From NCBI GenBank assembly GCA_905233975.1, contig CAJOGD010000001.1, positions 86,263-150,262 of the forward strand: a stretch of DNA of 64,000 nucleotides. The letters run 5' to 3'. Positions 1 through 9,000 of this stretch are shown piece after piece. Position 1 is the first letter of the stretch. Every line of letters begins with the position of its first letter. The notes under the pieces are model-generated. The model worked only from the letters and a program-made list of their open reading frames with translations. It was not told the DNA's origin and did no database searches. This stretch comes from an uncultured Alphaproteobacteria bacterium. GTDB taxonomy: Bacteria; Pseudomonadota; Alphaproteobacteria; Rs-D84. The position numbers and the translations under genes were made by a program.

Positions 1-236
1 AGAAAATTTGCGCTTTACGGCGGATTCCGGCGTATACACAATTTCACAAAAAGATTTTGATATTATTTATCTCAAAAATTTTGTATCACTCTCTAAAAAC
101 TTTTCATCCCTTTGCGATAATCCGCGCGTCAAATACATCTCATCAAATTTTGATATAAATTCTGAAAAATGCGCCGATAAAATCATCGATGGCGGTGGCG
201 TAATATACAAATCTGGGAAAATGATTCAAATTCCGT

Positions 237-980
237 CTAATCGGTGGTGGCATAATCGGCCTGAATAAAATAAAGGCCGCATGCCGGTGCGGTCGCGCCC
301 GCCGCCGAACGATTGCGCGCCGCAAAAATTTCATTTATATCGTAATCCGCACCAGCACCAATTTCGACCAACGTTCCAACCATATTTCGAACCTGGTGAT
401 GCAAAAAAGAACGTGCAGAAAAATCAAAAACAACCAAATCATCTTTTCGTTCTATACGGCAAGAATCCAAGGTTTTTATCGGACTTTTCGCCTGACACTG
501 ACTTGCACGAAAAGATGTAAAATCATGTTCACCGACCAAAACCCGCGCCGCATCGCGCATTTTTTTTATGTTTAATTTCTGCGGTACCCACCACGCACGA
601 TTTTTATCCAACACCGGCGGCGCCAAACGATTTAGGACAATATATTTATAATGCCGCATAACACATGAAAATCGCGCATTAAAATCATCGGGAACGATTT
701 CGCAATCCAAAACCGACACCGGCGTATTATTTAAATAAAAGTTCACCGCCCGCATAACGGTATTCGCATCCGCCCCGGAATCCAAATCAAAGTGCGCCAC
801 CATTGCAACGGCATGCACGCCCGCATCGGTCCGCCCCGCACCAACGACATTTGGCCGCACACCACAGAACTTTTCGATGGCGTCTTTTAGCAATGATTGC
901 ACCGACGGCCCCTGGCGGTTTTCTTGCCACCCAATCAGATTCGTTCCATCGTATTCCAAGATTACTTTATACCGCGTCAT
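237..980 (-). CDS. truA: tRNA pseudouridine(38-40) synthase
   Basis: ORF 237..1034 has the TruA N-terminus (MTRYKVILEYDGT..GWQ) and the catalytic GAGRTDAGVHA motif. Start trimmed to the Met at 980, which abuts the fmt stop. Confidence 0.85.
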   Translation of the reverse strand: MTRYKVILEYDGTNLIGWQENRQGPSVQSLLKDAIEKFCGVRPNVVGAGRTDAGVHAVAMVAHFDLDSGADANTVMRAVNFYLNNTPVSVLDCEIVPDDFNARFSCVMRHYKYIVLNRLAPPVLDKNRAWWVPQKLNIKKMRDAARVLVGEHDFTSFRASQCQAKSPIKTLDSCRIERKDDLVVFDFSARSFLHHQVRNMVGTLVEIGAGADYDINEIFAARNRSAAGATAPACGLYFIQADYATTD

Positions 981-1783
981 TATTCCCCAAACTTTATTTC
1001 CGCACCGCGCAGGCCATTTACAAAACTTTGCCAATCCATCGGCTTTTTACCCGCCGGTTGAATTGTTAGCATTTCAAGTTTGTCGCCATTCATTTTTGTC
1101 TTTAAAATCTTGACATCAATTCCGTTTATTTTTGTCCGCCCCGCGCCATGCGCACGCACCAGGTTATGAATTTCAATCGGCGTCTTTTTCCAATCGATAA
1201 TTTCGTCGTATACGCCGGTTTTCGCCGTATAGACGATTTTTCCACTTTGCGGAACCGCCACATATTTTTCCGGATTTTCCATATATTCCAAAATCATCTC
1301 TGTGCCGATTTTTGAAACCTTTTGTTCCACAGTGTCACGCGTGTCATCAATATCAATATTAAATTTGCGACACATTAAAACATCGCCCGCATCCAATTCC
1401 GTCGTCATTTTCATTAGGCACACGCCACTTTCCGCATCGCCGTTTTTAATTGCGGTTATAATCGGCGACGGCCCACGATACAGCGGCAACAAACTTGGGT
1501 GCAGGTTCACACATGGCGCCGAATTCAAAACATTATCACGCAGTATCGCACCATACGCCGCAACAAAAACCATATCAGGCGCAAAATTATATTCGGCGGG
1601 TTTATGATAAACCGATAGCCCATGCGATTCCGCCCACACATGCACCGGCGATTTTGTAATAACATGCTTTCGTCCAACCGGCTTTGGCGCACGCGTAAAG
1701 ACCGCAATCACATTATGCCGCGCGGCAATCGCATCAAAAATCGGTACAACAAAATCGGGTGTCCCCATCAATACAACATTCAT
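980..1783 (-). CDS. fmt: methionyl-tRNA formyltransferase
   Basis: N-terminus MNVVLMGTPDFVVPIFDAI is typical of the formyltransferase N-domain. Lies in a def-fmt-truA operon. C-terminus is shorter than E. coli Fmt. Confidence 0.8.
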   Translation of the reverse strand: MNVVLMGTPDFVVPIFDAIAARHNVIAVFTRAPKPVGRKHVITKSPVHVWAESHGLSVYHKPAEYNFAPDMVFVAAYGAILRDNVLNSAPCVNLHPSLLPLYRGPSPIITAIKNGDAESGVCLMKMTTELDAGDVLMCRKFNIDIDDTRDTVEQKVSKIGTEMILEYMENPEKYVAVPQSGKIVYTAKTGVYDEIIDWKKTPIEIHNLVRAHGAGRTKINGIDVKILKTKMNGDKLEMLTIQPAGKKPMDWQSFVNGLRGAEIKFGE

Positions 1784-2286
1784 TTGCGACGTCTTACCTT
1801 GCTCATAATCATTTCACGTTTCACAGGTGACAAATGGTCAATAAACAAAATTCCGTCCAAATGATCGGTTTCATGTTGCACAATCCGCGCACGCAGTCCC
1901 GACATTTCGGTGACATTTTGCTTTCCATCGATATCGGTCCATTGAACCGTCACACTTGCCGGCCGCGCAACATCGGCATAAACCGGCAACCCATCGGGCC
2001 CCAACACCGAAAGACAACCCTCTTCTTTCACGACCATTTCGGCCGAACGCGACAAAATCACCGGATTTATCAGTTTCATGATTTTATTATTGGACGGATT
2101 TCGCATAACCAAGAACCGCTTTGATATACCAACCTGGGGCGCGGCAAGTCCGACGCCATGTTGTTCGTCCATCATTTTAACCATTTCGTCCATAATTTCC
2201 AAAATTTCCGGCGTAATGGTTTCCACAGGCGCACATTTTTCCCGCAAAACCAAATCGCCACAAAGTTTCATTTGCAACATAGACAA
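1780..2286 (-). CDS. def: peptide deformylase
   Basis: Motifs GLAAPQVG, EGCLS and HETDHLDG in a 168 aa protein. Overlaps the fmt start by 4 nt. Confidence 0.9.
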   Translation of the reverse strand: MSMLQMKLCGDLVLREKCAPVETITPEILEIMDEMVKMMDEQHGVGLAAPQVGISKRFLVMRNPSNNKIMKLINPVILSRSAEMVVKEEGCLSVLGPDGLPVYADVARPASVTVQWTDIDGKQNVTEMSGLRARIVQHETDHLDGILFIDHLSPVKREMIMSKVRRRK

Positions 2287-2325
2287 ATCCTTTTATAATA
2301 AAAAATTATAGCAAAGGAATTCCAA

Positions 2326-3204
2326 ATGACAACTTATATTTTGATTGCAATGTGCGCGGTTATCATCATCATGCTGGGCGCGCTGCTTATGCGGCCGGCG
2401 AAAACGGACATGTCCGCATTACACGAAGACAACGCACGCCTGCGCGAACGCCTTGCGGAACGGCTTGGCGCATTGTCGCAAAATGCGATTGAACTTAAAA
2501 ACATCAGTTCGGACATCGCGAATTTCAAAAATATCCTTATGGGCAACAAACAGGCGCGCGGCACATTCGGCGAACGACAATTAGAGGATTTAATCACCGA
2601 CATTATGCCACCGGAAACATATGCTTTTCAAAGTGTGCTAAACACCGGCGTTCGACCGGATTGCATAATCCGCCTGCCTTATCCGCCGGGCGACATGATT
2701 ATCGACAGCAAATTTCCATTGGAATCGTATAACCACATGTGCGGCGACGACAACCCGGAAATGTATCGCAAGCAATTCGAATTGGACGTCCGCAAACACA
2801 TCGACGCAATCGCCGAAAAATACATAATCCCCGGCCAAACCGCAGAGGTCGCAATGATGTTCATCGCGTCCGAATCTATATTCGAAACGTTGCACCGCGA
2901 ATTTCCGGGCACAGTCGAATACGCCGCACGCAAGAAAGTATTTATCGTTTCTCCGGCGACGCTTTGGGCAACACTTAACACGATTCGCGCGGTGCTATCG
3001 GATATAAAAATCAAACGCGTCGCGGGCCAAATTAAACGCGAACTTGACATGTTGCTGACGGACCTTTCACGACTTGCAGACCGCGCAGCCCGGGTACAAA
3101 GTCACTTTGCGATGACACAGACGGATTTGGAACAACTGCAAACATCAATCGGCAAAATCACCCCCCGCGCAGAAAAGATAAAAGAATTGGATTTTGAGAA
3201 ATAG
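2326..3204 (+). CDS. rmuC: DNA recombination protein RmuC
   Basis: 292 aa with an N-terminal TM segment and a coiled-coil (AELKNISSDIANF), consistent with RmuC family architecture. Confidence 0.7.
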   Translation: MTTYILIAMCAVIIIMLGALLMRPAKTDMSALHEDNARLRERLAERLGALSQNAIELKNISSDIANFKNILMGNKQARGTFGERQLEDLITDIMPPETYAFQSVLNTGVRPDCIIRLPYPPGDMIIDSKFPLESYNHMCGDDNPEMYRKQFELDVRKHIDAIAEKYIIPGQTAEVAMMFIASESIFETLHREFPGTVEYAARKKVFIVSPATLWATLNTIRAVLSDIKIKRVAGQIKRELDMLLTDLSRLADRAARVQSHFAMTQTDLEQLQTSIGKITPRAEKIKELDFEK

Positions 3205-3207
3205 AGG

Positions 3208-3302
3208 ATAGTGTTAGTGCAAGTGGTTAGTGTAAGTGCGGGCGCGTTGCGCCCGTTTGTGTTCCCGACCCACTAACCACTAATCACTAACACTTACACT
3301 AA
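3208..3302. repeat. MITE-like palindromic repeat, copy R1. Arms built from AGTGTTAGTG / CACTAACACT units around a GC hairpin CGGGCGCGTTGCGCCCG.
   Basis: Left arm tagtgttagtgcaagtggttagtgtaagtg (3208-3238) is the reverse complement of right arm cactaaccactaatcactaacacttacact (3271-3300). Same family recurs at 4768, 22507, 51768 and 62321. Confidence 0.8.
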
Positions 3303-4366
3303 TTCTGATTCTGTGGGATATAGACGTTTTCGTTATATGTTGTTTCTGTCCAATCTTCTTCAAGCGGTGTGGCCAGTAGGTATATTACGATTACAGGTGT
3401 GCCTGCTGCGTATTGTGCGGCAAGATATTGTTTCCAATCTTCAACACTTGTGCAATCGTTGTATTTAAAAGAAAAAACACCGGATGTAGTACCTGTTGCA
3501 TAAGTTTGTTTTACGCTTCCGTCTGGCATATTAGCATTTGACGCGTCAGACCCAACGAAAAGATTTGACAACGCTGGTTTCGGCGGGTTACAAGACAACA
3601 CGTCGGCAAAACTAGCATAAAATACATTGTAATTGTTAATTTTTGTCCAGTTTTCCGTTCCATCAAGTACTTTTACACCAACGCGTCTTGTGATTTTGTG
3701 TGTGGTGGCGTCGAAAGAATCGGCATAGTCACCGACTTTGCGTAATACCATATCGCCCTGGCGATAGAAAACGGGATAAATCGGATTCGTTGGCGTTGGT
3801 GTGCCGTTTTGGGTGGCGGTACCAGTTGCCGAAACGTATTCTGTATTGTTATGTATCGTATAAAGCCAACAAAGTCCGGACACCGGATCGCGGTTTTCGG
3901 AACAAACGAATTCACTATCAAGTCCGTTTTTAAGTGCCGCATTAAATGTTTTTGCGTCGATTAAATTATCAGATTGTTCCGCATACGCGCCGGTTGCTTG
4001 GTAAATTCCCTTTTGTCCGATTTGTCCGGCCGTTCCGGTATATGTGACCGCGGTGTGATCGTTAAACGGGTCTATGTCGTCCTGTTTTTGGTTTAGTTTT
4101 GTATTTACACCACCAACCATGGGCAGTGATGTGTCGGTAGTACTGGTTCCCAAATCAGATTTGACTGCGCGTTTCTGCACCGTTCCGGCCGCGTTTGTGT
4201 ATTCCATGGCTTTGTTTTGTTCCGCGTCGAATTTGTTTTGTCGCGTATCAAGTTCATGTTCGACATATTTCAATGACGTTGCGGTTTTGCGGTCCGCCGC
4301 TTCTTCGGCAAACGCCGGCAACACCGCCGCCAACAATCCGAACATCAAAAACTTTTTCAACTGCAT
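3299..4366 (-). CDS. secreted protein, paralog family A copy 1. Sec signal peptide; Thr/Gly/Asn-rich with a variable C-terminal half.
   Basis: N-terminus MQLKKFLMFGLLAAVLPAFA-EEA is a signal peptide. About 85-90 percent identical over the first ~160 aa to ORF 37882..38988. AGGAGA SD sits 8 nt upstream. Confidence 0.7.
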   Translation of the reverse strand: MQLKKFLMFGLLAAVLPAFAEEAADRKTATSLKYVEHELDTRQNKFDAEQNKAMEYTNAAGTVQKRAVKSDLGTSTTDTSLPMVGGVNTKLNQKQDDIDPFNDHTAVTYTGTAGQIGQKGIYQATGAYAEQSDNLIDAKTFNAALKNGLDSEFVCSENRDPVSGLCWLYTIHNNTEYVSATGTATQNGTPTPTNPIYPVFYRQGDMVLRKVGDYADSFDATTHKITRRVGVKVLDGTENWTKINNYNVFYASFADVLSCNPPKPALSNLFVGSDASNANMPDGSVKQTYATGTTSGVFSFKYNDCTSVEDWKQYLAAQYAAGTPVIVIYLLATPLEEDWTETTYNENVYIPQNQN

Positions 4367-4390
4367 TTAACTCTCCTTTCTCTTTTTTTT

Positions 4391-4487
4391 CCGTCATCCC
4401 GCGCTTGACGCGGGATCTCCTCAGGCTTTCCTGAGAATTAACTCTCTGCCGGTCCAACGGGATTCCGGCTTTCGCCGGAATGACGGC
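4391..4487 (-). promoter_or_regulatory. structured 5-prime leader element of paralog-A gene. Three hairpins closed by a CCGUCAU/AUGACGG helix; riboswitch-like.
   Basis: On the gene strand, GCCGUCAU..UCCGGC-GAAA-GCCGGA..CUCAGG-AAAG-CCUGAG..UCCCGCG-UCAAG-CGCGGGA..AUGACGG lies directly upstream of the SD. The second copy at 39014..39152 has compensatory changes in the last hairpin (ACCGCC-UUUC-GGCGGU). Confidence 0.5.
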
Positions 4488-4564
4488 TCCTACCCGTCTC
4501 CGCTATCGCTCCGTCGCGGTTCGTTTATTTGCGCACAAATAAACGAAACCACCGAAAATCTTCT

Positions 4565-4722
4565 AGTGGTTGGAGGTTAACGACTATGTTCCGAGAAAAT
4601 AGTGGGCTTATTCGATATATTCACCGCCCTCCAACCACTTTTTTGGTTGGAGGTATTTTATGTCCCCGCAGACACTCGGAAGCCAAGGGTCGTTACACCC
4701 CGCCGGCGGAACACCCACCGAC
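4565..4722. promoter_or_regulatory. conserved distal leader box shared by both paralog-A loci. Perfect hairpin CCTCCAACC(N6-8)GGTTGGAGG plus a CCCCGCCGGCG(A/G)AACAC(C/T)CACCGAC box.
   Basis: Nucleotide-level conservation with 39196..39368. The small ORFs overlapping it are in different frames in the two copies, so conservation is not at the protein level. Confidence 0.4.
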
Positions 4723-4767
4723 AAATTCATTTTATCAAAAAACGTAAACAAAAAACAAGTGAAAAAA

Positions 4768-4933
4768 GTGGTTAGTGTTAGTGATTAGTAGATAGTATAC
4801 CACACCCCGGCCTGCGGCCACCCCTCTCTTCGTCGCGCCCAAGGCGCGACAGAGGGGAACTTTGGCCCGCAACAGCAAAAACGCGGGGCATTGCCCCGCG
4901 CACTAACCACTTACACTAATCACTAGCCACTAT
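4768..4933. repeat. MITE-like palindromic repeat, copy R2, with a ~110 bp GC-rich internal insertion
   Basis: Arms gtggttagtgttagtgattagtag and cactaaccacttacactaatcactagccact. Interior holds nested palindromes CCCCTCT..AGAGGGG and GCGGGGCATTGCCCCGC. Confidence 0.75.
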
Positions 4934-5529
4934 CTTCTCATTCCTGTCTTGGAATCTATCCACACCTGTTCATCGGCGATGTTCATCATGGGCAAATCGG
5001 ATTTACTGTCCGAATAGGCACGCACGACATGCGGAATATATTTATGCGCCACCGCCCATTCGTCCATCGCAATAACCTTTGCTTTGCCATAACACAGGCC
5101 GGCGTCATATTTCCATGGATTCTTTTCATTCATTTTCGAACAAATCACCGCGTCAAAAGGCAAATCACGAACCAACTTTGAAATCAAATAATCCGGCGAC
5201 GCGGTAATCAGCAAAACCATATTCCCGCGCGCGCGTTCGTTTGCAACCTGGTCCGCGGCCCAGCCAAACCGATTACGCCGATGTTCGCGCACAAAGTCCG
5301 GAACGAATTTTTTGACCATGTCGGCGGTTATAAAGCGACGCATATTTTGCCGCCACCACATACCACCACTATTGAAAAAGCGCGCAACATAACACACACC
5401 AATCAATGGCAAAAACAGCCATGGCCGCAAACTGCGCCGAAAACAATAACGCCCAAATGCGAAATTCGAATCCGGCCAGGACAGCGTTCCATCAAAGTCA
5501 AACAAAACTACATCAACGGGTTTTAACAT
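4930..5529 (-). CDS. HAD-superfamily hydrolase (HAD-IB / phosphoserine-phosphatase-like)
   Basis: N-terminal DFDGTL motif (VVLFDFDGTLS); 199 aa. Confidence 0.6.
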   Translation of the reverse strand: MLKPVDVVLFDFDGTLSWPDSNFAFGRYCFRRSLRPWLFLPLIGVCYVARFFNSGGMWWRQNMRRFITADMVKKFVPDFVREHRRNRFGWAADQVANERARGNMVLLITASPDYLISKLVRDLPFDAVICSKMNEKNPWKYDAGLCYGKAKVIAMDEWAVAHKYIPHVVRAYSDSKSDLPMMNIADEQVWIDSKTGMRR

Positions 5530-5605
5530 GAATTAACACCTTTATCTAAAATTCACCGAATTATAATAATGAAAAAATATATAGCAAATAAAAAACGCTG
5601 CGTTT

Positions 5606-6058
5606 CTACAATTCGGACCGAATTTGCATCAACACTTTTCCGATACGATTTTCACCACTGCCTTCACCGAAACCACATTTATAACAAATCGGACAAGATT
5701 TAATTAAAATCGCATCACCAGTGGATTTCAACAATTCCGCCGCATTTGGGTTTTGTTCAAACTTTGCACGCAACGCACGTTCCATAATATCAAATTTAAT
5801 TTCATCAAAATTTTCACGACGATTTACTTTATACTCTGGGGTTTTCGTAAGCAGCCGCGCTGCATCGGGGTCCGGCAAATTCAAAATCACACTAAACCGC
5901 GAATCATTTGAATAAAACTTCATCGCCTGGTAATAATGTTCCACCGTTGGGAAAGTAAAATATTCACCGTCCACAGACATTTTTATCGGAAACGCCGCCA
6001 ACGGACTTAAAAAACCATATTTGCCTTCGGGCTTGCAAAATCGAATTTCTTGCGGCAT
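5606..6058 (-). CDS. NADAR (YbiA/DUF1768) domain protein
   Basis: 150 aa with GFLSP..F motif and an overall YbiA-like pattern. Confidence 0.55.
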   Translation of the reverse strand: MPQEIRFCKPEGKYGFLSPLAAFPIKMSVDGEYFTFPTVEHYYQAMKFYSNDSRFSVILNLPDPDAARLLTKTPEYKVNRRENFDEIKFDIMERALRAKFEQNPNAAELLKSTGDAILIKSCPICYKCGFGEGSGENRIGKVLMQIRSEL

Positions 6059-6059
6059 T

Positions 6060-9000
6060 TTATTTCTTTCCTTTTAACCGTTGACGCAATCTTTCCATCG
6101 CAAAGAACAACGCCGGCGTCAATGTAAATGTCCATATCAGCGACGCCAACATACCACCAATCATAACCGCCGCCATCGCACGCTTCATACCGTCGGCACT
6201 CCAAAGTTGCGGCAACATACCCGCCATAACCGCAATAGATGTCATCAACACCATATTCTTTTTCGCGTTCAGTTCGTCCCACAATGCGGTCTTTGGGTTT
6301 TCGCCGCGTGCGATTCTTTGCACCGTTGGTTCCAACACCAAAATGTTATTGTTCACAACCAATCCAACAAGCATGACGAACGCAAGCATCGCACCGACAT
6401 TCGTTGACGCGCCTGACAAGAACAGCAATATAAACACGCCGGCAAAACTTGTAATAATAGATGTCGCAATGGTAAGTGGGTGAATCAAAGAATTCAAAAT
6501 CGCCGCCAACAACATGAATGTCAAAACGGTGGCAAGCAAGAAAGCCGTTCCGATTTCGCCGGTTGTTTCATCTTGTATTTCCGCCATGCCACCAAACGAA
6601 TACCCATAACCACGTTTCCAATCCATCTTGTTCAATTCAGAAACTATCTTTGCCTGGACGGGGCCACTGGTTGACTTACCGATATTAATATCGATTTCGG
6701 TAATACGACTTTTATCCAATCGATAAATATTCGGCGTCGCAGGTTCGGTCTTCATCGTTCCAATTTGCGATAGCGCAACCATACCCTTTTGCGAATTCAC
6801 CAAAACATTTTCAAACATTTTTGGATTTTTAAATGGCCGCGCAAATTCCAAAACAATCGGATATTCTTCGCCGTTTTCTTTATATTTATATGTATCATTC
6901 CCATACAACGCGGTTCGCAGCGTCGCCCCCGCATAAGAATTTTTAATCCCCCAAAAATCCATTTTTTCCGCATCTGGGATAAACTTTATTTCATTACCGG
7001 GCACCTGTTGTGCGAGCACCGCCGTTTGCACTTCGGAAATATTGTTTATCGCACTCAATGCACGCGCCGCATATTCCGCGCGCACCGCGTCATCATCGCC
7101 ATGTATATTCAAAACAATATCAGACGACACCGACGAAGACACACCTTCGCCCGCACGAATCTGAATTTCTGCGTCCGGAATTTCGGCAAGTTGTGGCAAC
7201 ATTCGACGCGCAATTTCTTTATCACTGTGCCGACGTTTTGATTTATCAACCAATTTGATTTTAATACCGATATTTTGCAATCCGCGTTCGCCAATCTTTA
7301 CCGATGTAGATTTTACTTCCGCAAAACTTGATAATACTTTTTCTATATCTTTTGCAATCGATTGCGATTTTTCATACGTCGCCCCCATTGGCGCACGCGC
7401 AATAATATTTATTTCATTCGCGTCGGTTGACGGACTAAACTCGTTTCCTGTGAACCGCATCAACATCGCACTGCCCACCAATACAAGAAACGCAAACAAT
7501 ATCACGCGACCCGCATGTTTATATTGATATGCAAACCATTTCTGTAATGGCGATTCTTTCGATTTGCCGACAGATGCGCGACGTTTTCCCCCTGTGATAC
7601 GTAAAATCTTTGCAATCATCATCGGCGTCAGCGTGAACGAAAACACCAAAGATAATAATGTCAGATACACAACCGTCATACCAAACTGCGTCATAAACTT
7701 ACCGGCGATTCCACCCATAAACGCCAACGGCAAAAACACCACGACATTTGTTCCAACACCGGCAAGTACGGAAACCGCAACTTTTTTCGTTCCGTCAATT
7801 GCGGCGTTTTCTGCCGTTTTGCCACTTCGCATTTCTTGCAACGCCGATTCAATAAGAATAATCGCGTTTGACACCAATGTCCCCAACGCCGACGAATACG
7901 CAAGCAACGTCATAACATTTATCGTAAAGCCACTTGCGTTAACAAAGAACAAACCCGCAATCAACGATGCCGGAATCACAACGCCCGCAACAACCGTAGA
8001 ACGCCAATTTCCTGTGAACGCCAACAATACCAAAATCGTGAACACAACACCAATCAGAATCCCATATATTGTCCCGGTCGTTTCGTTTGAAATCACAACG
8101 GATGAATCAGATATTATTTCCATCTGGGCCCCCGGAAACCGCGAAGATAAATCCGCATTGAATTCCGGCAACTTTTTATTTAATGCGCGCGCGACCTTTA
8201 TCGCATTACCGTCCGAAGCCTTGACCACCGACAACATCACAACATCATCACCATTAAACCGCGCCCCAGTGTCAATGTCACGCGCAGAATCCGTCACCGT
8301 CGCGACATCAGAAAGTTTAAACTTTTGTCCTTCGGCGGTTGTTATGTGCAAATTTCGAATTGCGTCCACCGATTCAAATTCACCAATAAAACGAACGTTT
8401 GCCGAATCCGCACCAACCTCTATCTTGCCGCCCGGCACATTTATATTGTTTGCACCCATCGCGGTCACAACGTCCATTACCGTTATGCCATACGCCGCCA
8501 TGGTTTCCGGATTCAGTGCCACACGTATTGCACGCTTTTCACCACCGAAAATGGACACACTTGCGACACCATTTATTGATGTAATTTTATTGGAAAGCGT
8601 ATTACGTGCATATTCTTGCAGGTCACGCAAAGACGCACCATAAAGCACAACATCAACAACCGACGTTTGCAACGGATTTAACTTTTCGATAACCGGTTGT
8701 TTTAATTCAGATGGAAATTCCGAAGCCAATGCGTCAATCTTGGATTTAACCTCACTGGCCTTGTCATTAACATTTACGCCCAAATTAAATTCCGCCATCA
8801 CATAGCCGCCATTTTCAAACGCCTGGGACGTAATTTTTTTAAGTTCCGGGACTTGGGAAATCGCGTCCTCGGCCTTTTTAATAACCTGGGATTCTATCTC
8901 AACCGGCGCGGCACCGGGGTAAATAAACGTTGCGGTCACCATTGGAAAGTCAAGTGCCGGTGTGCGTTCCACATTCATTTTTGGAAAAGCAACAAACCCA

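Noticed and set aside
8-268. 86-aa ORF at the window start, with the 143..334 minus ORF
   Set aside because: AT-rich, no recognisable motif, and next to the window edge. It cannot be distinguished from a truncated upstream gene or non-coding DNA.
4529-4747. 72-aa ORF and an alternative 39-aa ORF (ATG at 4660 with a GGAGG SD) in the paralog-A leader
   Set aside because: The corresponding region of copy 2 is conserved at the nucleotide level but falls in a different reading frame, with a 26-aa ORF instead. Conservation is therefore not protein-coding.
7564-8643. 359-aa plus-strand ORF, with several others at 6789..7241, 8325..8579 and elsewhere, inside the RND transporter gene
   Set aside because: Antisense to a 1001-aa gene that has strong family motifs. 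Composition is low-complexity and Thr/Ala/Asn-rich, typical of shadow ORFs on the opposite strand of GC-skewed coding DNA.
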